64,000 nucleotides of DNA from Lama glama (Eukaryota). Positions 1-11,489 of the stretch are shown here, piece after piece. A model generated the notes under the pieces. The model was not told where the DNA came from. It did no database searches and worked only from the letters and a program-made list of their open reading frames with translations. The stretch's first letter is position 1; the number at the start of each line of letters is the position of its first letter. The stretch is taken from the NCBI GenBank assembly GCA_028534125.1, contig CM052816.1, positions 53,508,001-53,572,000 on the forward strand, in the 5' to 3' direction. The translations under genes were made by a program, and so were the position numbers.

Positions 1-469
1 TTTTTAAACTCTCAGACACTAAAGCACAAAACCATCAGAGCAAACTTTTAGCCTACTCTCCAAAGCAGTAAGAACCAGTAATTGTCTTTGTTTCAGAGCC
101 CTTATCCGTTGCTTAGTCATTTGTGTGGGGCCGTCCAGTGCTGGCCCTGCTATCTTCCTCCTTGCAGCTTCCTCCTCACCCTACAGAGTTTAGCAAGATA
201 AGTCTTTAGGACATGAACTGCTCATTTTGCTTAGATACACAGAATGTAAATAAAAGCACAGATAAATAAGAGGAAGTAGTAAAACCACATGGAAAAAATC
301 AATCAGTAACTTGTCACTGTTAGCAGCTCTTTGACTTTTTATAGCCAAATATCCTGAAAAATCTAATACTTATAGGCAAGCAGTCCACCAAATACCTACG
401 TTTGGAAGAAACAACTAAAATTTATTCTCAAGAGAAACAAGCCTGAATTAAGGCGGCCGACACTGAAGA

Positions 470-745
470 CAATGAGATGAACTGCAGTGATACCAGCGAG
501 AAAGAACGGCCAGCTTAGTGACTGATCAGAAGCAGCTGAGGAAGGAGGGAAGCATCCAGGATGACTCCCAGGTATTTAGTTTGGGCACTGGGTAGAAAGT
601 GATGCCACCACCCAGATCAGGAACCTAACAAGAGCAGACACTGAGGTTGAAGGTTCAGCTTAGGCTGCCAATGAAGTCCTGTGTGCAGCTAGGAATACAC
701 TGTGGAGAGGAGACCAGACTGGAGATAGAGATTTGGGAGTCATTA
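470..745 (-). mobile_element. L2 LINE remnant
   Basis: Typical degenerate L2 motifs: ggatgactcccaggt...gggcactgggtag...gtgatgcca, ggagatagagatttgggagtcat. Confidence 0.6.
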
Positions 746-769
746 TACACATATGGACAGACCATATGA

Positions 770-1005
770 GTTTTTAACTGTTATGCACTTTCCATGTACA
801 GGTGCTGTGCTAAGCAATTCATATAATTCATTTGTTCATCAAAACCCTATGAATAGAAATTATCTTCATTTTATAGGTAAAATAACTATCACTTAAGTAA
901 ATTAACTGAGGGTAAGCAGCTTACCCTCACATTAAAAAGCTAGTAAGTAGCAAAGCCAAGGCTCAAATACAGGTTTGACACCAAAGTCTACATTCTCAAG
1001 CAGCT
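770..1005 (-). mobile_element. MIR SINE remnant
   Basis: caggtgctgtgctaagc...aaccctatga...cattttataggt...ctagtaagtagcaaagccaaggctcaaa. Confidence 0.65.
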
Positions 1006-1649
1006 GTAGTTTCCTTCTGCCTAGGATGTACGAGGTGAGGAGACGGCAAATACAAACCACCTGGGAACACCAACATCTCTGGGTAGTATACTGTTAGGAT
1101 GACTTCCAAGTTTAACCCCAAAAAGGATGCACTCTAAGTTTGCAACTGATGAAAACACTGCTGAGAAAAACCTGGTAATTTTTCATGCTTTTCAAGATGA
1201 CACCATATGTCTCAATTCCCATATTCCTAAAAACAGACGCTAAAAATTTATCAGGTATATGACAGTTGTTTAAAAAAATGAGTTTTTATTGTTTTCTTAT
1301 TGTAAATAATCTCTCATCCTGGAGGCCTATTCTTTGTTAACCTAATCAAGATTTGTTTTCAGCTAAAGTTTGTCCAAACACACACACAAAGACAAAAGTA
1401 AGTGAACACTGCTGTGAAAGACAGGCAGAAGGTACTTACCCACACGTTGTGCAGTTAGGCCTTGGTCTGGAAATTTCAAAATTACATGTTGTAATTTTTT
1501 CTTGATTACTGATTTTTTTCCTAGGCTCCAATGACCCTAAAGGATGGATATGAATTACTGGAAATGTGGAAGGATGGAAAGTAAGTAGAGAATTGGAAAG
1601 AGGTGACACTCAGTGGCAGAAGCAATCCCACACCTGGCAGCAGTCAGGG

Positions 1650-1845
1650 GACATGGGTCTAGCTGCCCCTCCTTAGCCCATCACCACCACTCACTGAGTG
1701 ACTGAGATAATTTCACATTCCTCTATAAAAATGAGGCCAATAATGGAAATTCCATCATAGGTTTGGTGTAAGGATTAAGTAATGGATGTAAAACACTTAG
1801 ATAGTCTCTGGTATACAGTAAGTCCTCCATAAGTAAAGGTGATTA
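1650..1845 (+). mobile_element. MIR SINE remnant
   Basis: ctctataaaaatgagg...ggtgtaaggattaag...gtaaaacacttag...ctggtatacagtaagt. Confidence 0.6.
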
Positions 1846-2557
1846 TTAGAAAAAAATTAAACAGATTTTCTGTCTGCCCAGACTAATATCATTTAGAGTT
1901 AATCTTAAAAATTGAGTTGTTCCATGAACTGTGAAGAAAAACATAACTTGTTAAAACCAATCTAGTTTTACCTAGAGAGGCCCACTCAATGGATTGGCTA
2001 CCTGAAGCCACCTTTTTTCTTCCATCTTGTACTAATCATCTTGAGTTTAGTGCTTTCAGGAAGTAGAAAATTCCTCTGTGGATACAGGATACACGGTCAC
2101 TCCTAGTTAGCAAAACAAAAAAAATAAATGTAGTGCCGGGTGAGCCCATCATCCAGAGGAAACCAGAATGCTCAGAAAACTTCCTGATTGTCATATCCAA
2201 TCCTGGCACAGTGTGGATAAAGGCCTTCTTCCTGTGGATGGAGGCATAAATTGATACAATTTTCTGGAGAGCAATTTGGCAATGTACATCAAAGATCTTT
2301 TAAAATATGCTTACACTTTGACTGAGCAATTTGTCCTAAGAACAAAAAGCTTGGGCCCCCAAATTTAGCAACCGTATATTCCTTGATAAATTATTTATAG
2401 TAAGCTAAAAATCAGAACCTAAAGGATGAAGGATTTAGAAAAATAATTTATGATACATGGATATGAAGGTGGCTATGTTATTTCTGTTACAGAAATAATT
2501 CATAAATATGAAAAAGTTCAACATTATGTCATAATTGAAAAAAGATTACAAACCATT

Positions 2558-3112
2558 AGGTTAGTTAAAATTCTCTGGTGAAAAGTCATAGGAAGCCAAC
2601 TCAAGATATATAACTCATCCATGTATGACTGAAGCATTATACTGTATGCCAGAAATTGACAACATTGTAAACTGACTATACTTCAGTAAAAATATCTGTA
2701 CTCCCCCCCCCAAAAAAAAGACATAGCTCAGATAGAAAACAGTAAGAATGTTACCTGGGTAACAGAATGAAATGTGGGTGAACAGTCAGGCCTCTTACAG
2801 GAAGCAGAAAGCTATTAATTAAGGTCTTTTCTATGTCCTTCATCCTACTCTTTTTTGCATGTCTACTTCATTCTTCATTTTCATTACAGATCAGCTTGCT
2901 GGTAACTCTTCCTCTTGTCAGAATATGGCAACCCATATGTCCCAATTCCGAAACAGTATAGCTCTATACAAATCTACATTCAGAATAAAAATTTAATGAG
3001 CCAAGCCTAAGTCTACTATGGCTAGATGACACCCAGTACCAATGTTGTGTTCAGGGACCAAACAAATGGGGCTTGTGAGAGCTAGATAAACATCGCTAAA
3101 GGATCTATTACA
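2558..3112. mobile_element. Old MaLR (MLT1-like) LTR remnant interrupted by an L1 tail
   Basis: Start ttagttaaaattctctggtgaaaagtcataggaagccaactcaa resembles an MLT1 terminus; ends ...ctattaca. Confidence 0.4.
2618..2719 (+). mobile_element. Severely 5'-truncated L1 3' end (lineage-specific subfamily)
   Basis: atgtatgactgaagcattatactgtatgccagaaattgacaacattgtaaactgactata plus an A tail; same tail as at 16460, 20240, 22055 and 58320. Confidence 0.75.
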
Positions 3113-3145
3113 AGGATGTAGAGGAAAATCTTATTTTTTAATTTT

Positions 3146-3285
3146 GGGGAGGAGAGGGTATAGCTCAGTGGCAGAGCGCATGCTTAGCATACACGAGGTC
3201 CTGGGTTCAATCCCCAGTACCTCCTCTAAAAATACACAAACCTAATTATCTCCCCACCCCTGCCAACATAAAATTTTTTTTTTAA
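3146..3285 (+). mobile_element. tRNA-Ala-derived SINE (camelid vic-1-like)
   Basis: ggggaggagagggtatagctcagtggcagagcgcatgcttagcat...ggttcaatccccagtacctcc, with pol III A and B boxes and an A-rich tail containing cctaattatctcccc. Confidence 0.85.
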
Positions 3286-5782
3286 TTTAGGAAAAAAGTT
3301 TCTTCCTAGAAATTAAAAGAAAGATACAAACCAAATTTTCATAGTAGTTATTTATGGGTATAAAATTACAAACAACTTTATCCTCTTTTGTTTATATGAA
3401 TTTTTTTGTAATTTATAATGAAATATTTATTAATTTAAAATTTTTTTAAAGTTAATTTTAAAAGCTAAACTATGAAGGCCATTATGATACAATGCTAAGA
3501 GAAGGAAAAATAGAATAAAAAAATCCACATCGTTTATAACCCTGAACTCTGTAAAGTATGTGTGCACAGAAAAATAACAAAAAATATGATTAAACAGTAG
3601 TAATGGTATCCCTACGGGATAAAATTACGGATTATTTTTATTTTCTCATTTATCATTTTCCATATTTTCAACAGTTCTACAACAGATGTATATTGCTTCA
3701 TACCAGAAAAAAAAAAACTAGTTTGAGGGACGCATATGCCTAGTGGCTCAGTTTCTGTGTAGGAGACTATAGTATTGGAGGAACCACTGTGATCACCAGA
3801 TGAAAAACAGTGCTTCGGGGCATTTTTTTCCTTAGCCCCCAAACACCTGAAGAATACTACAAATTTCCTACATTAGCAACCACTCACAACCATGATTTAT
3901 CTTGAGAATCACTGGCCCACAACTCTTAAAAGAGTTCTGGAGGAAGTCTAGAATAAGATCTAAGAGCTAAACACAAGTAGAGTTTAAAAAATGAAATTTG
4001 CATGCTGTGACTCTACAAATTGAATTGTTTGAACATAGAGAAGATAACATTCAGAATAATTTTATACAAATGTATTATATGAAACATTACTAGGTAGAAG
4101 ACAATTAACTATTTTCTATCCCTATTAGAGAAAAGATAAAATGGGTTTTAGTGGCAGGAGGATTTTAATTATACTATCAGCCATGCCAAGGTCAGAAAGA
4201 AATAAACTGAAAAATAAATCAAGATTTAGATAAACTTAAAATGTAACACTTACTGCATTGCTACATAATGGCTCCCATGTCCCTTGTCATTTGAAAAAAA
4301 AAAAAAAAAACAGTGCTAATGAAAATTCTCCAAGTTGAAGGCTCTGTCTTACCAAAACCAGAAAATTAAATTCTAACTATGAAACCCATAGGAAGGGTAA
4401 GAACACTAGAGAGTCCTATAGTCTTCAAAATAAAGATACCTGTTTATCTGGGGTAGATTAGTGGCAATGCCTGGCTTAGAAATTTTCTATAGATTCCTTT
4501 CCTGTTTTCTATATACTGTGATAAACCCTTAAAATAAGGTTTAAAAATATCCATCCTTATAAAAAGCATGCTGGTTTGTAAAATGTACCCTGAGATTCTA
4601 GTAGAACTATTTTACTTTCCATAGCATTTGACCATTGAAATATAACTTTTTAGTTTAATAAACAAGAATTGAAAACAACTCTAACATTTTAAAACATATT
4701 ATTCTATTCTAAATAAATTTATACTACAGTACTTAAAAAGCTATCAGAATAAAGTATTTTTTATTTTTAACCATCCTCAATTATTTTTACATTAACCACT
4801 CTGATTTTACCTCTAAAATTCTTAACCGCATGGAATCAACAAATTCCTCTTATCATTTACCTTAAGGAAAAAACGGAAGGAGATACAGTGAAGTGTGTGT
4901 GACAGCCACGGTAATTCTAACAAGGGAAAACTGTACAAAAAACTAACAAATTCTGTGCAGAAACAGTCTAAAGACAGATTTTACCAATAAAGATATAAAA
5001 TTAGATGCTAACGTCAGCATTTTCAGAAGATAAAGCACTATCTATAAAAGCATTATGCTACTACAAACGATTTACAGAGACAACTAAGAAACTTAATCTA
5101 ACATAAATTCTCTCTACAATGCAAACCATACATTATCTTGACACGATTTACAGGAGACATAAACAGTGAAAATCCAAACTCACTTTTTTTTTTAGGTAAC
5201 ACCCAGAAAACTGGAAGTGCTGTTCCTATTTTAATTTAACATGCATTTCTCAAGTAAGATTTACCATGACATTACTAGTCTATATTTTTATGTCCTCTTT
5301 AGGTAACCAAGTGAAAAATCCAACAATAGGCAAATAGGTACCTTCATCAGTACATAAAACAACAGGTAGTGAGTGAGGTTAGGAAACAGAACACAAGTCC
5401 AATCTAATCAATACTAGTACAGAGGTATCCCACAAGGAAAAATCTGGGCCACAAGTTTTCCATTCTGAATCTCTCTAACTTCTCGACAGTTCATGTATTT
5501 TGACCTTAAAGTGGTCAAAATATTTAATGAGTGAAGCTCATGTTCCACTACCTACTAAGGTCTAATGCAACAGAAAAAATTGTCATCTTATGTCGCTGAG
5601 AATTTTTAATTCTTTTATATTATTTATTTTGTCTAGTAGCACATGATGAATTATACATAGATTATTTTTAAAAAATCAAATGTGAAATTTCTATATATGT
5701 TTACGCCCTCAGCATAATTTCTGCCTCTGAAGTGCTCATACAGCATTTAAAATTGTACGAACAAACATCCAGTAAACAGCAT

Positions 5783-5788
5783 TTTATT
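5783..5788 (-). terminator. Candidate polyadenylation signal AATAAA
   Basis: Minus strand reads ttTGTAtatttatTGTAttaac...agAATAAAatgctgtttactggatgtttgttcgt, giving two upstream UGUA motifs and a GU-rich downstream stretch. Confidence 0.5.
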
Positions 5789-7259
5789 CTATGACACTCT
5801 GTGTTAATACAATAAATATACAAAACTTCCAAACCACTGAAAACATGCAACATTAGAGGGACAGATGGAGAGCATTTATATAGAACCATGACAGTCACCA
5901 TAATGGCAGCGCAATATTACTCAATGACAAAATATACAAACATCCCTAGATAAATAATCCAAGTCCCAAATTACAAACCACTGAGCAACAATTTTCCAGT
6001 GTTCAAACTTCAGTTTGAAATAAAGTAGCCAAAACTTAATATCACAAACTGAAAAATGACATGGAGCCTTACAACGTGAAGGCAATTTCATGATTACAAT
6101 ACTGGGTAATGCTAATATTAAGTATTAAACATTAACAAATGCCAATCGTTAGCTGAGTGCAAATGTGACTATTTACTAATAATTACTGTTAAGAGAATAG
6201 AGAATATAAGAATTTAAAATCCCTCCTTATTAAACTGTTAAGCAGTGCCATCATTTTAATGCACATTTATGTTTTTAAAAACAATTTATCTCATAAGCTT
6301 GTATTAATCCAAATAACTGGAATTTAAAATAATTTCCCCCATCCACACAAAAAGGGTACTGTTGGTGGTAATCATTCTTTGATGTTTAATAATACAGGAC
6401 ATCCAAAGAATAGAGAGAAGCATTCATAATTCTTGAAGGAAAGAATCTCAGTATTTTTCAGAAGTCTCTATGATAAAGCTTTCATTTGTGGTTAAAAGAA
6501 AAAAAATGGACTTAAGATATAAACTCATGATGGACATAAGTTCTCTTGCGTTACGTGGTTAATGTTTTGAAAGTCTGTAAAATCCACACTCAATGAAGCA
6601 CACTGACAAAACAGATTTTCAGTAAGATTATAGACTCTGAAAAACTCGAACTGGCTTATTTGGTTGAGAAAGTAGGTGGAGATTATCACTGATCAGAAAT
6701 ATTAATAAAAACAGGTTTAAATTCATATTCTGAATCCTATTTTCATCAGAATAAAAGAAATAAATTCTAAGTATATTACGTCAATAAAGTCCCAAATAAA
6801 TCAAATGTAAACACCATCTGGACGGATCTGTGTTATCCAGTATCACACAAAGCTTCTTTCATAAATGGTGAGAACTCACAATCCCATCCACAGCATGATA
6901 CTCATTTTAACTCCAGATTTGGGGGGAAAAAATAAAAGCGATTTAACCATTTATGCCCAGCTGATTTTCTGGTCTCAAATAATATAATCCAAAAGACTAC
7001 CCTTACTTAAAATAAAGTCAAATAAATCACTACCTATTATTCTGCAATCTTAGGTTGGCTAATGACTCCTTGAACACAGTATAGTGACTTTACAAGCGTC
7101 TTTGAGTCATTTAATCAGTATTAAAAGTGATTCAAAGTTTCAACCCAAGTATACTATAAGAATAAATTCCTGTGCCACATAGTATAACTTTAATGTGATT
7201 ATATTCATAATTAATGCATTCAACTGTTTGTATCTTCTTGCTTGGTGCAAGTGAAATGT

Positions 7260-7265
7260 TTTATT
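7260..7265 (-). terminator. Candidate proximal polyadenylation signal AATAAA
   Basis: Minus strand aaAATAAAacatttcacttgCAcCA, with CA dinucleotides about 13-17 nt downstream. Confidence 0.35.
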
Positions 7266-8423
7266 TTTTCTATTACTAAAAAATTCTGATGTATTCAGTC
7301 TGTCTCAAAAACTTGAAGACTGAAGTGCATTAGGGATTCAAATATATGTGAAGTGCCAGGGTCTTTCTATTTTTAATGCCAACTAGAGATGAGAGGCTAA
7401 AAGAAAAATTCCTTAAATACTGTAATGTTCTTTTTGGACATGGAGTTAGGCTAGACTTTAATACCTCTATTAAAAATTACACACACATACCCCAAAAAAG
7501 AGCTGCCAAACACATTCTCAGTTCAATTAAAAAGGGTAGCCACAAGAGTATACCAAAGTTTCCATACAATAATATTTTACTATGATATGAATACTGAAAA
7601 CTTTAAAAAAAAAGGTATCATCACTACATTCTATGCCATAATTATCTACCTTTTCTTTTGGATAATGCACTGCAATATTATATGCTCACACTGCACCCGA
7701 ATAAATTTTTATTTAAAAGAAACTATTACAGGAAATCACTGCTTTGATTCTATTGATTCTATAAACAACTCCCCAATCCTATTACCACAGGCAGTGCATA
7801 ACCCAAAATACTAATTCTCTTAAGAAACATGGTGCCCATGCAAGATCAGAGACTGATATCAAAATATCGCCTACTCTAAAAAAAAGAAAATAAAAAGATA
7901 ATTTACATATCTACTATGCACACAGGCTCCTCACTGGTGACTGAAACTGCTAAAAGCAAGCCAATTTAAAAAATCCGGAAGTCTCTGAAGTCCTATTTCT
8001 TTCAATATAAATAAGGAAAAAAGAGCGAAGCATTGCTTTACGGCTCCAATGTATAATCCTTATGTCTAAGATTCTTGAAAGAATGACTGCAGCAAGTACT
8101 AATCGCATTTTTAATCATGAGTGCCATGTTAATTTCAGTGTGTCACCACTGAAATAATTCGCTGAACATTTATCCCCCCAAAAATATGGAGAATATTTAT
8201 TTAGCATGTAATGTTTTTTTCTGCAAGGGGCACTGAAATATTAAGAAACAGTTAGGTAAATAATAAGACAAGGAAGTTTTTCTGGTTTTAGCCCATGCAC
8301 AAGTGATTAGGGAATAAACGTGCTGTGTGTACTGTGTGTTTTGAACAAAAAAATATTTATAGAATACAGTAACTGGAGAAAAAAGTACAGTCAAAAGGTA
8401 ACAGTGCATGGTTGGAAGATTCT

Positions 8424-8588
8424 CTAAATCTGGTTACCCTTGAAAGCATTCTGAGCTGCACTTGTTGCTGCAGATGAAGCTGCGTTTGCAGCTGCGGTCT
8501 GGACAGTTTTGTTGGACATCACACCTGTTGCAAACTCTTGCTGGGCCTTCTCAAAACTAGCACCTGTTGTGCGATACAGTCCATGTAC
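8424..8588 (-). CDS. SCAMP1: SCAMP1 last coding exon (exon 9), 165 nt including stop
   Basis: ctgtag|GTACATGGA...; encodes [54 protein letters not shown], with TAG at 8424-8426. Confidence 0.96.
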   Translation of the reverse strand, partial: VHGLYRTTGASFEKAQQEFATGVMSNKTVQTAAANAASSAATSAAQNAFKGNQI

Positions 8589-9639
8589 CTACAGAGGCAC
8601 AGAAAAGTGGGAGAAGATCAGGGGTAACCTACACGTTCATTATCAACAGCTCTTCAATTATTCTCAACAGTAATACAGAGATAAAAGGACCAGATTCTAG
8701 GCATGACTCCTAAGATCATGGACATCAGCCACCACATTGGCACACAATACTGTATGTAACTCTTTTCTTAACAGATTTTTCCTTTTTATCTTCAAAGCTG
8801 AAGAGATAATTATGTGTATGCCAAACCAAAAGTAATAAAAAACTTCTTAACAAAATGCAAAAAGCTATGTTTTCCACTATTCCTAATTAATATACTACAA
8901 CCTACAAAATGGTTTAAACATGACCAGAGACATTCTGATTTTAATACACTAATTTACTACCTTAGACAAATCAAAGAAAATAATATGTTACTTATATCTA
9001 CGCCACTGGCCCTGTTCTATCAAATAGTACCATTTTATCTTTTAATATGCCAAGCAATATGTATGCCCTTAGAGATACTTCTGCTATTCACTCTGTATAC
9101 TATTTAAACTTTTTGTGTACGGTCAAGTCCTGAAGGATTTAAGTAGAAACACTTCTGAGAACTATCTGTCCATAATGATTCATCACTCAAATTGTGCATT
9201 TTTATGAGTAGGGTTCAAAAATACTCTATTAGGCATATGTTTTAAGATGCCTAAACTATCAAGCACGTCAATATATAACATCAGCTAACCAACTTAATGC
9301 AATTTGAGAAAGGAAGCAATAAAAGGCAAATTAGAACAAATATTTATCACATGTCTACACACTTGGGGAGAGGGAGGAAGAGACAGAAAAGTGAACTTGT
9401 AATTACACTACAGTGTGATTACATCTAAATTAGAAGCCTGACTGGACTGTTATCAAAGCAGGTTTGGGGGATGAGGGCAGTGCACCCAAGTCAGCTCTTT
9501 TCCCAAACCTAGACAGATAGGAACTGGAAATCGTGGAGTGAGGAAAAGGAGGAGTCAAATACTTTCAAGTCAAGCTTGGATACTGATGAGTTGCTTCAAG
9601 AAGACAGAGAACAGAAAGGATGGGTTGGTCTGGGGGGAG

Positions 9640-9990
9640 AGACACTCAGTTCTAAACATTCACACACTGTATAAATGTTTACTGAATACCTATTCTAAGT
9701 CTGCCACAGCAAACAGGTAAAATTTTGGTTTGACGCTTCAGAGGAATGGGCTAGGGGCACGGACTTGGAAATCACTGGCACATAAATGGCACCTACAACT
9801 CTGACATAGATGAAATTGTCCATGAACACAGAGCAGACAGAGAAGAGAGCTGAGTACCACAGCCTATTAAGACACCAATATTTAAGAGGTCTCCACAACA
9901 AGAAATGATTGGGGGGAATGAGAAAAACCAAGGACCTTTTCACAGATGCCAAGGGAAGAAAGTAGTTAAGGAATGAAGAGCTGTCAGGGA
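9640..9990 (-). mobile_element. L2 remnant
   Basis: cagaggaatgggctagggg...gacttggaaatcactggcacataaatggca...gatgaaattgtc. Confidence 0.45.
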
Positions 9991-10664
9991 GTAAGAAGGG
10001 GTACAAGCCCCAAGTTCTTCTGATAAAGTGGCAAAAGCAAATACCATTTTACTATGGGCCAAAGTATTAAAGGGTCAGGGAGAAAAAGAGAGCATAGACA
10101 AGTACATATTCTGGTAAACCCTAGAATTCTTTCTTTTAGTACCACAGCACTATCATAAGTATAGAACTATTTTTATTCCCTTTCCAAACTAAGTTTTTTA
10201 TAAAAAATTAAATATACAGGTAAGTTACTACTCCTTTGTTCAAGAAATTTACCTCACAATGAGTACATACAATTAGATCCTAGAATGAAGGTATGATAGA
10301 AATCTAATAAATCTTTATTTATGAGACCCAGTCACAGTGCCAGTAATTACAAGTTAACTTCTCTGTCTCTCCTCCTTTCCCCCTAGATTCATGGGCATGT
10401 AATTAACAAACATTGTATTAATTTGCTTTATTCCCTCTTTAAAACTTGTATTAAATTGTATGGCTGATGTTATGTATTCATAAGCTTCACAGTTCAATTA
10501 CTTAAAACGTAATTCATAGCCCCACAGAGAAGAGAGGCAAAATAAAGGTAGAAATAGCACATTTCACAGTCTAGATCTGTGCAGACCCAGAGAGCCACCT
10601 AGAGGGAAAAGACTAACATTCACATTCAGTGCACAACACTCAAAACACTGCGAGCTGTTTTGTA

Positions 10665-10930
10665 GTTCTTTTTTTTGTTACCTCCTTCTTCTGTTGTTTT
10701 CCCTCATGATTTGATGACTATCTTTAGTGTTATGTTTAGATTCCTTTCTATTTTTTATTTGTGAGTCTGTTACAGATTTTTAGTTTGCTGTTACCATGAA
10801 GTTTATATATGCAATCTGTATATACGTGATTATTTTTAAGTTGCTGATTTCTTAGGTTTGAACACATTTTAACAACCCTGCATTTTACCCATCCCTACCA
10901 TATTTACCGGTTTTGACATCATATTTTATG
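10665..10930 (-). mobile_element. L1 fragment (inter-ORF-like region), minus strand
   Basis: gatttgatgactatctttagtgttatgttt...gttaccatgaagttt...ttttgacatcatatttta resembles the reverse strand of an older L1. Confidence 0.5.
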
Positions 10931-11055
10931 CTAAGCTATTTGTTTGATTTCAGCCAGTTCCTTTCCAGATTGCTTATTCAGATATGTATTTTTTTGTTGT
11001 GTAAGGTTATAGGTAATTTTATCTTATCTAGCCACTGTCACTATTTTAAATTGTT

Positions 11056-11202
11056 TTTAATTTTTTTGTTTGTTTTTATGAGGGGAAGGTAATTAGGTTT
11101 ATTTTTACTTATTTCTATTTGGAGGAGGTACTGGGGATTGAACCAAGGACCTCGGGCATGCTAAAGCATGTACTCTACCACTTGAGCTATACCCTCCCCC
11201 CC
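11056..11202 (-). mobile_element. tRNA-derived SINE (vic-1-like) with 14-bp TSD
   Basis: Reverse complement of the SINE head (ggtactggggattgaacc...gagctataccctcccc); TSD tattttaaattgtt (11042-11055) / tatttaaaattgtt (11203-11216). Confidence 0.88.
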
Positions 11203-11349
11203 TATTTAAAATTGTTAATTTTACTTTCATCATCAAATCATTTTTAGTAGTTGTATGCAAGTAATCCTTCATCATTATGTAGAAATTGGACTTAAAAAAT
11301 TATTTTCCATACCTTATCATCTAAAAATAGACTTTAAGATATCTGTTTT

Positions 11350-11487
11350 GGGGAGAGGTATAGCTCAAGTGATAGAGTGCATGCTTAGCATACACAAGGG
11401 CCCTGGGTTCAATTCCCAGTACCTTCTCTAAAAAGAAAGAAATAAGTAAACCTAAATACCTACCCCTTAAAATATTTTTTTAAAAAG
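11350..11487 (+). mobile_element. tRNA-derived SINE (vic-1-like)
   Basis: ggggagaggtatagctcaagtgatagagtgcatgcttagcat...ggttcaattcccagtacc plus tail. Confidence 0.85.
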
Positions 11488-11489
11488 GC

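Larger units (their letters stand above)
3750..8423 (-). other. SCAMP1: SCAMP1 long 3' UTR (distal end uncertain)
   Basis: Directly follows the stop codon. About 4.6 kb with no recognisable transposon, in contrast to the repeat-dense introns, and several minus-strand AATAAA hexamers. Confidence 0.65.

Noticed and set aside
1..470. 3' end of the convergent neighbour LHFPL2 (AATAAA near 249)
   Set aside because: This rests only on recalled human synteny. No coding or other diagnostic sequence in the window supports it.
3146..3226. tRNA-Ala gene (also at 11120-11202, 11350, 23054, 26816 and 48850)
   Set aside because: Each copy carries different substitutions, lacks a proper acceptor stem and has a shared non-tRNA tail, and most have TSDs. 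They are SINEs.
7376..9107. Short plus-strand ORFs antisense to the SCAMP1 3' UTR and last intron
   Set aside because: Their length and composition fit chance ORFs in AT-rich DNA, and no domain is recognisable.
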